Shown here: positions 38,221 through 51,080 of the stretch, one piece after another
Numbering within the stretch: position 1 is the first letter of the stretch
Layout: each line of letters opens with the position of its first letter
Source of the DNA: Callorhinchus milii
Lineage: Eukaryota
DNA: 64,000 nucleotides
Assembly: GCF_018977255.1 (NCBI RefSeq)
Contig: NW_024704743.1
Span: forward strand, 67,458,001-67,522,000
Direction of reading: 5' to 3'
Translations under genes and position numbers: made by a program
The notes under the pieces: model-generated
The model's input: only the letters and a program-made list of their open reading frames with translations
What the model was told of the DNA's origin: nothing
Database searches by the model: none

Positions 38221-38500
38221 AATCTGAGGCCCCGTCTGCCTGATCAGGTGGATGTTATAGATCTCATGGCACTACTTCAAAAGAGATGGGAGGTTCTCCT
38301 AGTATGCTGACCAACAATCCTCCAAATAAAATTAGTCACACACATCATTGCTGTCCATGAGATATTGCTCTGTGCAAATTGGTTGCCACATTCGCCCACA
38401 AAAATACAGTCACTCCACTTTACAATAAAATACTGTGAAGCACTTTGAGATGCTCTCCTAACCTGTTAGGTGCTATATCAAATGTAAGTATTATTATTAT
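38221..38500 (+). mobile_element. DeuSINE-like 3' half
   Basis: GAGGCCCCGTCTGCCTGATCAGGTGGATGTTATAGATCTCATGGCACTACTTCAAAAGAG... Confidence 0.75.
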
Positions 38501-38871
38501 AATATTTTTTTTGCCAGATAGAATAGAGTGAGAAGCACTGACCATAACTATGGGAGAGTTAATGAGCTCTTCAGATTTCAGATAAACCATAAAATAAAAA
38601 GGTTCATTAATAACAGAACTTTTATTCACATTTTAATGGTTAATGTAACCATTGGGTTAATGTAAATAGAATTAATCCAGTGAATCTTTACTGAATGCTT
38701 TCTAAAACTAGGATCTCTTTCCTAAGGTTGGGTGCCCCAAATTAAACACAATAATTAAACTGTAACTGTAATAATAATAATCATGGCATTTAATATAGGA
38801 ACTTTTCACATTGGTAGAATGTTTCAGAGCACGTTGTAGAATTTTCTGTAAAATGGAATGAGACTTTTATC

Positions 38872-40668
38872 ATAATAACAACTGCAACCCCCCCTTACGC
38901 AGGGTAGTGTCCCAGAGCGCTTGACAGTGCTTGAGCACAACACTGAACTGGGGTTTGGGGGAGGTGACTGTAGGCATAATCGAAGAGGAAGATCTTCAGG
39001 CATGAACTGAAGATGGAGAAGGAAGAGGCAAGGCGGAGGCATAGAGGAAGAATGTTCCAGAGTTTCAGGGCATAGTGGTTGAAAGCGCGGCCGCCAATGG
39101 TGGAACGGAGGGCACGAGGGGCATGCAAAAAGCCATAGCCAGTCGAGTGGAGGCAGTGGGTTGTGGGTTGAGGGGTAAGTAGATCAGAGGGTAGGGAGGT
39201 GCTAAGGCAAGAAGAGATTTGAAAACATGTGTGAGGATCCTGAAATCGATCCATTCGGTGATAGTGAGCCAGTGGAGCCTGTCTAGAAATGGTGTAATGG
39301 CGGTACACAGTTTAGTGCGGGTCAGTATGTGGACAGCAGAGTTTGGGATCAGCTGGATCCTGTGTATAATGGAATTGGAGGGACTGGCAATGGGCATTTG
39401 AAAAGTCGAGTCGGAAGGTGACAAATACATCGACTGAGTCCGAGGTAAGGTGCGGTCGGAGGTGGGCAATATGGCGGAGGTGGAGGAAGGCTGTCCCTGT
39501 CAGGGATTGGATGTGGGGAGGAAGAACAGCTGTGGGTCGAAACTGATGCCGAGGTTGCGCATTGCTTCGGTGAGTCTGAGGGATAAGCTGGGGAGGTTGA
39601 GGAGATCAGAGATGCAAGATAGAAGTTGTTGTTGGGAGCCAATGAGTGTGGCTTCCGTCTTGTCAACATTTACTTGTAAGTAAGTTGTGCACATCCAGGC
39701 CCTGACGTCTGCCAGTCAAGCTAACGGAACATCGACAGACCTGGAGTCGCAGCTGGAGAAGTAGATTTGTTTGTCAACCACATACATGACATCGCCAAAA
39801 GGGAGCATATAGATGAGGAAGAGGAAGGGGCCAAGGATAGAGCCCTGGGTTACATCACAGATGACCGGGCGGGGTCGGGAGGAGAAACCGTTTGAAGAGA
39901 TAAAGTGAAGACGGTTTGTAAGGTAGGAATTGAACCAAGATAGTGCAATTTCACTAAGGTGGATGATGGAGGAGAGACGGTGGTCGACTCTGTCGAGGAA
40001 GACAAGGAGGCAGAGGGAATCCTGGTCACAGAGAAAGAGGACATTGTTTGTGACCTTGACAAGCGCTGTCTCTGTGCTGTGGGCAGGGCAAAAACGGACT
40101 TGAGGGGCTCGAGTAGGGAATGTGAGCAAAGCATTCCAGAACTTTGGCAAGGAAGGGCAGGTTGGACGGTAATTTGTGAGGTTGGAGGGGTCAAGGTGGG
40201 TTTTTTGAGGTGGGGAGTGATTCTAAGGGGCATAGGAACTCAACCTGAGGAAAGCAACTGGTTAACTGTTGTCCGCCAGTAGCGGGGAGAGGAGGGGGAG
40301 TTAGGTGACCAGCAACTGAGTGGAGAGGGTGTTGAGGCAGCAGGTGGTGGATTTCATCTGGGAGATGGTGACTGAGAGGAAAGGGGGAGTAATTGGGGCA
40401 AAGGACTGTAGGGAGGGGGGAATGGTGGGGCCCATGGCGGAAGGAGGGGGTAGTGTAGATGGTGTGGGGCGTGCATTAGACGATGTAGGGTAGGAGGATG
40501 CAGCCAAGTGGATATTTTCAATCTTTCACAATAAGAAGTCTAGGACCTTTTGGTATTTGAAGAAAGGATCGCGGCAGCTTGGCGTGTGCACGGAGGAGGT
40601 GATGGATGGCGGAGAACAGTGTGTTTGGGTTGTTTTTGGTCTCCAAAATGGTTTTGGAGTAAAAGGCA
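38872..40668 (-). mobile_element. Degenerate L2 LINE (~1.8 kb, RT region, frameshifted)
   Basis: Minus-strand ORFs give [66 protein letters not shown] and STIGGRAF. Confidence 0.92.
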
Positions 40669-41478
40669 TAATAAGAATAATCTTTGCATTGATATAGCAA
40701 TGCATAATGTCAACGGAGCGTCTCAAACCTCTTCACAAAAGTTACTATAAAATGTGTATTTTGTGTGTATTGTAAAGATTGTATTTTGTAGACAAAATAC
40801 AGAGAGCCACCCCTCTCTGTTCAGTCCACTTGCAGTCTACACTTCCACAAACAGCCGTGAAGTGAATTAACATTTTTACCATTATTGATCAAGACTGCAG
40901 GAGATATTCCCTTCTCTTTTCAAATAGTACCATGGGATAATTAATATCCACCTAAACATGCAGACAGGCACTAAGTTGAGCACCTCAGAGAGCTTCACAA
41001 AGACGGAGTCAAGTGCCGAACAAACGAGAAGAGAGGGAGGGGGAAGGAAATGATGACCATACACATTTGATGAGGGAGGTTTTTAGGTGGGATTTAGAGA
41101 CAGAGAGATAAGGAGAGGGAATGCCAGAGTTACTGTCTCACATAAAGGCAGAGAAAGCTAGATCTTTAGTACAACATGAATATTATCTTTGGTGGAACAA
41201 AAGTACTTATAAGGATTTTACCACAAGTTCATTTGATATATCAATAAGGCCAAACAATGTAATCTTAACCGCATCTACATAGACCACAGCAATACAGTAC
41301 AAGCCATATAATGCATAAAATGTTAGCCTTGCTGCATATTCTTACACAAAGAGATTTGATGACGCAATTTACAAATCGTGTTGCTCAACACCACGGAGAA
41401 ACAAAGTGAAAATAATTGACTCTAAAACTGTTGTTGTTTCAAACTCTCACAATGGTAACTCAAAACAATGAATTCATG

Positions 41479-41486
41479 TGACGTCA
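41479..41486. promoter_or_regulatory. Perfect CRE palindrome TGACGTCA in unique sequence
   Basis: Exact motif. Its CpG is retained in an otherwise CpG-poor background. Confidence 0.3.
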
Positions 41487-41807
41487 TCTTTCCCCCCTCC
41501 TAAAATATTAGAGTAACAAACTGTATGAATTGCAACACATTAACTTTCCTGTATCTAATATACGAAGCACAAGAGCTCAGTGACCTCAACAAGAGGGATG
41601 ACAAAGCTCGTTCAGTTAAGTAAAAAAACTGAACGCAATGCAATAGCTCATTAATAATGAAATTAACGGCCATAAATCTTCTCTCGTAGGAGTGAGAATC
41701 TATTAACTTTCTCCATCCTGAACCATTCCAAATGGAGGTAGTTTGGGTTCACTTTTGGATCTCTGAACATTGCCTTACTTCTGATTTAATTTAATTCCCA
41801 CTTAACA

Positions 41808-42118
41808 GAGCCCTGTAGCTCAGTGGTTAGAGCACTCGCCTCACAAGTGAGAGACCTGGGTTTGGTTCCCGGCAGGACGAAACCTTGGGCAAGTTTCCTT
41901 ACTCCATATGCTTGATAATAATCCCTCAAGAAATAAAAAAAAGAATAAAATTGGTCACTTCAATCCACGACTGTTTGTGGGACACTCCTGTGCGCAATTG
42001 GCTGCTGTGTTTTGCCCACAAATATACAGTCAATTCACTTTACAGTATATTCTATGAAGCGCTTTGAGACGTCTAGAAGACGTGAAAAGTTCTATATCAA
42101 ATGCAAGGATTATTATTA
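41808..42118 (+). mobile_element. Full-length tRNA-derived SINE
   Basis: CCTGTAGCTCAGTGGTTAGAGCACTCG head, family body, GACGTCTAGAAGACGT stem-loop and (ATT)n tail. Confidence 0.9.
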
Positions 42119-42497
42119 CATTATAAGGATTATAATTTTGTGATGGGAGTATGGTAAGGTGGGGGTCTCTGGAGGCTGAGATCAGATTGGACTGAAGGGT
42201 CTTCTTCATCTTAACCAATCTTATGATTTTGTAAATTCAGGGTCACCTGTCCTTACACACGTTACACTCACGTATCAGCAGAGAGGCTGGATGCTTGCTT
42301 TAGTTCCTCTTGCACAGGCAAATAATATATCCTCAAAATCACCTCAAATGTTTTCAGGATTTCATGTTTTATGGACAACCACCTCACTCAACATGGTTTC
42401 TCGAGTATGACATTTCCTTTACCACTGCACAGTACCTTAACCCTTCTTTCCAGCATTTTATCATCTGTAAAAGACAAAATAGCTGCCTCTTTATGAA

Positions 42498-43290
42498 TGT
42501 GGTTAGATGAGATATTAAACGGAGGTCCTGCCTGCATGTTCAGGTGGATTTTAAGTTTTGCCCACAAAATATACAGTCAATCCATTTTACAGGTTATCCT
42601 GCCAAGCACTTTGAGACATCTCCCCCAGAGGATTGAGTTCAAAATCCTTATCCTCGCCTTTGGAACCCTCCATGGTCTTACTCCTCCCTACCTCTGCAAC
42701 CTATTAAAACTTCACCCACCTGACCGCTCTCTCCGTTCTTCAGGCACTGGCCTGCTCTAATCTACTTTCTACATTCTATATTCCCCGTCCGGCTTGTTCT
42801 ACTATCGGCGGTCGGGCCTTCAGCCTTTCTGCCGCCATCATCTGGAATTCTATCCTGCAGGCCCTCTGCCTTGCCCCTTCCCTTGCCTCCTTCAAGGCTG
42901 CCCTCAAGACCTTTTTTGACCGTGCTTTCGGTCATCTTCCCTCCTTGACCTCCACCCCGCCCTGATCCCAACCCAGGTCGGGTGCAAACCCCTCATTGTC
43001 GAGTCCTTGGGAACATCTTCCCAACATGAAAAGCCCTGTATAAATACAATTTGTTGTTGTCTCAATGACATGATAAGGTGCTATATCAAATGCAAGGATT
43101 ATTATTATTAAACATCCCATGGTCTATTCAAATGGAAAAGGGAGTTTCTCCTGGTGTCCTGGCCAATAATTACCTAAAAAATTGATTCCTTAGTTAATGG
43201 CTATTTGTGGGACATTGTTGTGCACAAATTGGCTGCTGCTTTTGCCTACAAATACAGTCACTACGCTTTACAGCAAATCTTGTGAAGTAC
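42498..43290 (+). mobile_element. Triple nest: a DeuSINE containing a SINE tail, which contains an L2 3' fragment (42623-43059)
   Basis: The DeuSINE breaks at about 42554 and resumes at about 43110. The SINE tail breaks at GACATCTC and resumes at TCTCAATGACATG. The L2 (RIEFKILILAF...TTGTTGTTG) lies between. Confidence 0.8.
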
Positions 43291-43407
43291 CAACTGAGCC
43301 GATCTGACACATTATACACAATATAGCTAAACACAGTATAATCAGGTCCAACTGTACTTGAAAAGAAGCTGCAGGATTCTCAAATAATCTATACGATAAA
43401 TAGTTTA

Positions 43408-43660
43408 AATAATAATAATAATAATAATCCTTGCATTTGATATAGCGCTTTTCACGTCGGGAGGACGTCCCAAAGCGCTTCACAGAGTACACTGTAAAGT
43501 GAATTGACTGTATATTTGTGGGCAAACGCGGCAGCCAATTGCGCACAGCAATGTCCCACAAACAGTCGTAGATTGAAAATGACCAATTTAATTATTGTTT
43601 TTAGTTTTGGAGGGATTATTATTAGGCGTGTGGAGTAAGGAAACTTGCCTGTCCTGGGAG
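43408..43660 (-). mobile_element. 5'-truncated young SINE with an L2-type CTCCC loop
   Basis: (AAT)n, AGCGCTTTTCACGTCGGGAGGACGTCCCAAAGCGCT and the family body. Confidence 0.9.
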
Positions 43661-44511
43661 TCAAAAGAGGTTCCCTTCCATTGATTCACAAAGGAGGATT
43701 TGATCAGAATTAAATTCAACATAATCAAAGCACATTTTGGCACAGCACACTCATTTTTCTGTACCTCCCCACATGAAAGGATCTACACAAATGTAATTTT
43801 CTTGTTGTTGTTCTTTACTCTGCAATCCTCCCTCCTGTAAGAAGTTTATTTCCACCCACCCCCCTATGGAGGTGGGTGTTGTTTTTGTTGATTTTTTCAA
43901 TTTATTTATAATATGTTTTAGGCCGGTTGATAAGTACTTCTATGAATTTTTAATACCCAATAATACTATAATATGTACCATGCATTATGTACGACCTCTC
44001 AGAATGTAGCAAGCTTCTGAAGTCCAATTTGTACTGTTCCACTCCTTTGCTTTCATTTCCTTTCATTTAATTTTTCCGAATGGAATAATTTTCCCAATGT
44101 CTGCTTCACAACAGCACAAGCAACCTGCACATTAGAAACTGTGGCGCAACGGTTCAAGACAAAAGCTCACAATTAATAATAGGAATGCATACAAATGATA
44201 TTTTTGCAACGATCAATAAGTACTCAGATTGAAAAGCAATGATGCCATTAAGCCTTTTTGTAAAACAATCAATACATTTGAAAGGGGGGAATATGAGATT
44301 TCATCACAGATTTGATGTGATAATTATTTCTCCTTGAATGAAAAGCTGAGCAACATGTACAGACTTGTTGTGGTTCGCTGATAAAATAATAAGTGGAATT
44401 AATTGTGATATCTCAAACTTGTCCCATTGAACCTGAGCTGTAAAACCTCCACTGTTATCAGGGTTTCTACGAGGCCTTGGCTGAAAACACATCTTCTCTT
44501 TAATCTATAGG

Positions 44512-44856
44512 TTCCCTACCAATCTGCCCGCTCCCTCCATTCAGCGGGCTCTGGCCTGCTCCATGTCTCCCGCCTGACCCGTGCTACCATCGGTGGCTGA
44601 GCTTTCTCTGCCCCCACACTCTGGAACTCCATCCCATGGTCCCTTCGCCTCGCTTCCTCCCTTGCCTCCTTCAAGGCTGGTCTCAAGACCCTCCTCTTTG
44701 ATCGTGCCTTCAGTCACCCTCCCACCTCTCTGCCTTCCCTCACCCCTACCCCACCCCTCCCCCATGCTCAAGTCCTGACTCCTGACTGTCCAGTGACTTG
44801 GGAAGTCCTCCCGACGTGAAAGGCGCTCTATAAATGTAATTTTGTTGTTGTTGTTG
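44512..44856 (+). mobile_element. L2 3' end
   Basis: CTACCAATCTGCCCGCTCCCTCC...CCTCCCGACGTGAAAGGCGCTCTATAAATGTAATTTTGTTGTTG. Confidence 0.9.
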
Positions 44857-45084
44857 TACAGATGTCAATGAGCCTGGCTTAGTTGGTAACATTCTTATCT
44901 CTAGGTCACAAGTTGTGACCTTCATCAGGACTTTGAGGCTTGGTTGGGGGAGCGCTGAATTATTGGAGGTACTGTCCTCTGGATGAAACACCAAACCAAG
45001 GTCCTGTCTGCTTGTTCAGGGATTCAGAGGTTGATCTATCAGAGCTCTTCGCTTGCACCTATGCACATATTCTCAAGCTTTTTC

Positions 45085-45470
45085 TTTACTTACAATTTAC
45101 GCACTGATGGAACAATGTGGAACTGGCCAGTGCCTACAATATAACGTACATAGGAAAACAGGAGGCCATTCAGCCCATCAACCCTGCTCCACCAGTTTAT
45201 CAAATTTTATCAGACTTTTTAACCCCAATTCTCTGCCCTTTCACAACATCCCTTAAATCTCTCTTTTAAACATCCTTATTGATTCCAACTCTACAGCTTT
45301 GTGGGGCAGAGTATTTCACATTTTCACCACCCTCTGTGTGGCTCTCGCTCTAGCAATCTTGGCTTTGAGCTTTAAGGCTATGCCCGCTTAAAATGGATCC
45401 CTCTACCAACGAGAAGAGTCACCTGCTATTTAACCTGTTAATTCCATTAATTATTTTAAATATCTCACAA
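45085..45470 (-). mobile_element. CR1 3' remnant
   Basis: CATAGGAAAACAGGAGGCCATTCAGCCCATCAACCCTGCTCCACC...GGCAGAGTATTTCACATTTTCACCACCCTCTG. Confidence 0.75.
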
Positions 45471-47316
45471 GTTCTCTTAAATAATGTTTCCTGTATTATA
45501 TATTTGGCATAAATGACCTATTCCCAACACCTCAGTAGCATTATCAGTGTAAAACTTGGATGACTCTCAGACTCACAAGTAGACTAGTTGAAACTTTTTT
45601 CACCTCTGGGAGAACAAAACTAAAACAGATGTTTTAGTAATAACTGCCGGTGAAATGAGTCTCATTACCATTTCGATTTCTGGGGAAACTTCAAGCAGAG
45701 AAGCAGCAACAGAACAAAAGCAAGAAACAGACAGAAAATGCTCCTGTTCTTCCAGCTAAAATATTTTATCTTACAAAATGCACCTCCAAACAAGATGAGC
45801 TCATAACCTGCATTATCTATCTGGGCCAGGTACCAATGAAGTCATTTAATCTCCCTCCATTCTACAGTTGCTTCTTTCTGCAGCTTTTCACAGACCATTA
45901 GGAACCATTAATTTACCACTGTGTTGTATCGTGGATTTTTTCTTCTCGGAGCCAGTAAATAGGCTGGAACATCATAACAGCCTGCATTCTTTCTGTTATC
46001 TTCACTTCCCCTTCATCCCCATCTCCCCACACTCTTTCCATGCTGGGATGCCCAACCAGCTGTGTAAAGTACTTTGAGAAATCCTCCCAAAGTGAAAGGC
46101 CCAATATAAATGTAAATTTCATTATATTCCAATAAGTTTCTTAAGGCTCCCAAATCCTCTAAAGATTTAGAAAAATCTGCAACGTTAGTTCTGTAAAATC
46201 ACTCCCATTTTTTTAAATTTCATGCAAACCTTCGGAAAATGCTAATATTGGTCCAAGAAGGCATTAAACCAGTAACAAATTTAATTTATATTGTACCTGT
46301 TGTGCTGGCACAATATAAATGAACAATATAACGTATCTCATAACGCTTAACGATGATAGTTTGATGCCAAGCCAGTGAGAATGGGGAAGTAACCATAGAC
46401 ATGGTTGAAGAGGAATGTCTTCAAGTATAAATTAAAAGTAAATTTGAAAGTCGCTTTCGGAAGCATGTGTAATGTACAGCCTCAGTGATGGATGCATTTT
46501 TCCAGTCCCGATCAATTTTATTCGGCACTAAACCTAACCAAATCTACATTTTAGTCTTTTCCAGCAATTAAAGACTATAAAATAGATAGGAACTCACAAA
46601 GGTAAGCAGATGTCCATTATTCATTAATGTGTAATAATGCATTTGTTTTGTAGTGTAAAAAAAATCTCGCTTTTAAAAAGCATCAGGAGGGCACAGTCTG
46701 AGGGATCAGGAATAGAACAGTTCCTTGAAGACTTATTGTACTTTGAACATCTGCTCCCAGGCAGTTTGAATAACTGCTGTGCAACCTTGTTATTATGTGA
46801 TGTTTGGGATCTATAAAATCCCACTCCGAGATATAGCAAGGCGCAATAACAGATTTGGCTACATATTGATGCAACTGGCCCGTGTGCCAACCAAACAAAG
46901 GAAAAAATATCCGACATCTGGATCATCACAATGTGACTTTCTTTTTTCTTCACATGTGCAAAATGGAAAGCAACGTCGCCAATGATCTGAAACTTGGTTA
47001 CTGTTTGACTGTAGTATGATAGTGTTCAGCTAAGTATTGTGGCTCGACAAACCTGCCCTTCGCTACACTGATTAGGGTGAGTAAGTTTTCTTTTAGGGTA
47101 TTGTATATAACTTATGCCTCCAGAGACAGAGTTTGGACAAAAGTGGGGAAAGGGAAGGGCTGATAACTGGGCATCACTATCTGACAACTTACATGCCGGT
47201 TCCAGCACAGAATGCACATAATGACAGCAGGCCTACTCAACACATCTCAAATTACATATAATATGAGGTTTTCAAGTGAATATTTGCCAGCTGTGGTACA
47301 TATTTACTAGATTGCT

Positions 47317-47342
47317 GGGTGGGGGTGGGGGGGTGGGGGGGG
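47317..47342 (+). repeat. G-rich tract with G-quadruplex potential
   Basis: GGGTGGGGGTGGGGGGGTGGGGGGGG. Confidence 0.75.
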
Positions 47343-48237
47343 AATTGAGTTGTGGGTAGGGGAGGATGGGCAGAAACGCAATCCAATGTAACGCAGGAGA
47401 GTGGGATAAATTTGCCCAGCAAGTATGTCACTTTGTTTACTTTGTAGCTGTGAGTTAGGCAAGGAATCAACAAGTTAAACATGGCATAAATTGTTACATC
47501 TTTTGTACATATTTAATTTGAAACAACAAAATCCTATTGGGTCCTGTTATAGTGAATCCAGCATTGCTGCAAAGATATTTAAGTGAAATATGCTGTACTT
47601 TTACTCTTTGGAAGAATAACTAAAAGTTACCTTTGTAATGTTGCCATTCTGGAACTGCAATATCACAAGAATCTTAGTTAGAAGAGTCCAAGCTCGTGGG
47701 GTCAGGAGAAGCCACGCGACTTTAAAATTCTAACTCAGAAGACATGTATTATATTGTAAATTACTGTTGAAGAAATTGCATCAGTCATTTTGTTAATTCT
47801 GTAGTGGATGCTTTATTCCAGATTTCATTTTAATTTTTTTCCTTTACAAAGTAAAGGCATATTACAGAACGCTTTACATGCAAATTTAAGGGAGTTCTTT
47901 AAACACAGTGTGAAATTTGATTCCAAATGGTCCATTTGATCTGACGGTGGTTCAAACTGGCACAACATCCTTAGAGCACGGGTTGCAACCTGCTGTGAAT
48001 CTTATATACAGCATATGATTCTCAGACAAGTCCTTGAGAAATCTCACAGGTTTCCTGCTGTTCTTAAAATACTTTGATTGGACTTTGCAATTGCACCATG
48101 TGAATTTCTATTCTATATTAGAACCTGTCGAAGAACAAAATAGGAAATATACCCCCAACAGAGTGGAGAAGCAGACATGCATTTTTCAAGATGGGCACAG
48201 GTAGATAGTAGCATATTGAAATCACCAGTTTAATATA

Positions 48238-48352
48238 CAGAGGCGCTCAATACAAGAGCGAGGAAGTAATGTTAAATTTGTTCAGGATGTTGGTTAGGGC
48301 ACAGTTGGAGAGTTGCATCCAGTCATTGCATACGCCATTATAGAAAGGACAT
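48238..48352 (+). mobile_element. CR1 ORF2 fragment
   Basis: YKSEEVMLNLFRMLVRAQLESCIQ...HYRKDI resembles CR1 YKSxEVMLxLYxxLVRPHLEYCVQFWxPHYRKDI. Confidence 0.8.
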
Positions 48353-49760
48353 AACAGTTAGTCTATTATTCTACCTCTCATACCCTCAATTGATTTCCTC
48401 ACCAAATATCTATCCAATTTCTTCTTCAATTTGGTGACACAATCTGCCTCCATAGTTTCACCCCTCTCTATAAATCAGTTTCATCTAAACTCGGTACACT
48501 TTCACTTTTGTTTGTAGAATTTGTGACAATACTCACATATTATTAGTCTCAGTTTGTCGACAACCTTAAACGAGTTGATAAGATTTTCCCTGAGCATGAA
48601 GAATGCCCACTTGGGTAGAATATTGGAGGGATCTGTGGAACAGTGCACCAACACGAGCTAACTCCTTCAGGTGAACAGGGGAGAAAATAGAGGAGGGGAA
48701 ACAAAAGCTGGAAAAATAGGGCCACCAATGTTAGCCAATCCAACTGACTGGGCAACATCAAAATTTAACTTTCAAAAGATTTCTTTGCAGTTCTCCAGCA
48801 TCCAACGTGTAACTCAAGTTGTGCAAGACTTTTCCACAATTCTGCATCATCTTAAAGTTATGACAAAATAATTTTACAGGCAAAGATTAAATTAACTTTC
48901 AGAGCTTCAGAAAGCTCACAGTGCTCATAATATTTTTGTTTGCAGAATCGGAGTTTATAAATAATGGATTACTTACCACTGAATATAAAGGGTTAAGTGA
49001 GCAAATTACCATTGAACCGACATGTGAACTTAATGGAATTTACACTTCACTGTAATTGCTTTCTCAGACTCGCCCCCATTGTATTCATGCATGGGCAAAT
49101 TATTACTGTCAGCAACAAAGCCTGCACTTGGCAGTTTATTGCTCTATTAAAATGTTTATAGATGTTAAGGTAGAAAATAAACAGCAATGAGAAGGTACAA
49201 GAGTCTGAGAGATTGAGGGAACGAAGGAAATGCTATCAAAGTGGATTGAGCACAGTTTAATAGCAATACGATGACAGGTCAAAACACTTCTGTACAGAGA
49301 TTGTTGGTTATCTACTCTACATCCTTATAACTACCCCCAGTGGCTCAGTGGGTAAACACATCATGTAATGCAGTGTGCAGTCATACAGATAAATAGGTCC
49401 AGGCACCAGATAATTAGCATAGAGGAATGTACCATAGTACTACATTATTAGTACATGATTATTACTACATGATTATTATTATAATGATCCTCAAAAAAAA
49501 TGCAGTCACTCAATCCACAACTATTTGTTGTTTGTTGCGTTTCGCCCATAAAATACAGAATACACAGTCAATCCATTTTACAATATATTTTGTGAAGCGC
49601 TTTGACATGTCTCAATGAAGTGGTATGGCACTATATCAAATGCATGGATTACTATGTTATAATTATAATATGTGAATGTCAGATGAGGACAGACGTGGCT
49701 GTGATGGGTCAATTATTAAGCAGCCTGCTCGCACTCACTGCACAGACTCACAACAGGACT

Positions 49761-50039
49761 AATAATAATCCTTGTATTTGATATAACACTTTTCACATCT
49801 TCTGGACGTCTCTTAGCGCTTCACAGAATATACTATAAAGTAAACTGACGAGGCAGCTAATTGCGCACAGCAGTGTCCCACAAACGGTTGGGGATTGAAG
49901 TGACCAATTTATTATTTTTTTCGTGAGGAATTACTATCAGGCACGTGGCATAAGGAAACTTGCCCAAGTTTTCGCCCTGATAGAAATCAAACCTTTTGCT
50001 TGCAAGGTGAGTGTTCTAACCACTGAGCTATAAGACTCC
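49761..50039 (-). mobile_element. tRNA-Ala-derived SINE with internal deletions
   Basis: AATAATAATCCTTG tail and TTGCAAGGTGAGTGTTCTAACCACTGAGCTATAAGACTCCA head. Confidence 0.85.
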
Positions 50040-50683
50040 ATAATAGCAGCAGTTATCAACAGAAGAGAACAATATTACCAATAGAAGAGAAATTTGGGCC
50101 ATGGAGCCATAGCCCAGGATGAGTCACTGGTGTTGAAAGGGGAGAACTTAAGGTGAAAAATAAGAGTTTTAATTAAATATTTAGATGATGCACACTGATT
50201 CAATGTAGATTTTTCACAAAAGCTGCAGTGTTTGGGGAGTCTGATTAATTTCTAAACAACCTCTTTGCTTTGATTACTGGAGGCCTAAAATCCTACCTAA
50301 ACACAGCATGTTCAACCATTCTGTCTCACAAATTCAGATCACTCAGAATTATGGAAAATTCTTCAATTCAGTCTTAATTTAAAAGGCAGCTCTTTTCAAA
50401 ATCTGCAGAAAACTGACTTCCAAATTTAGATGGAATTTAAATATTTTATAATAATAAATCCTTCAATTTGATATAGTGCCTTGTCGTGGTTCAAAGCACT
50501 TCATATGATATACTGTAAAGTGGATTGACTATGTATTTTGTGGGTGAAACGTGCCAGCCGGTTGCACACAGCAGTGTTCCACAAAACAGCCATGGAGTGA
50601 GTAAAATTTCAAAGGCAGCTCTTTTTAAAATCTGCAGAAAACTGGCTTCTAAATTCTTGAATTTTTATGGGGGATTGTTGATC

Positions 50684-51080
50684 AACAACAGCTACAACAA
50701 CAACTTGCATCTGTATAGAGTGCCCTTCACTCACGGTAGCATCCCAGAGCGCTTAACAGTGGCGGAACACGATGCCGAGCCTTGGGGAAGGGGGAGGGGA
50801 CCGTAGGTACGATCGAGGAGGAAGGTCTTCAGGCACGATCTGAAAATGGGGAAAGAAGGGACAAGACAGGGGTAAAGAGGAAGAGTATTCCAGAGATTTG
50901 GGGCGTAGTGATTGAAAGTGTGGCCACCGATGGTGAATGAAGAGTACGAGGAACATACAGGAGATTGGAGCCAGTTGAGCGGAGGCAGCGGGTAACAGGT
51001 TGGGGTGTAAACAGATCAGAGAGTAGGGAGGTGCCAGGGCATGAAAAGATTTGAAAACGAGTGTGAGGATATTGAAATTG
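50684..51080 (-). mobile_element. L2 3' fragment
   Basis: Minus-strand ORF has NFNILTLVFKSFHALAPPY. (CAA)n tail. Confidence 0.85.
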
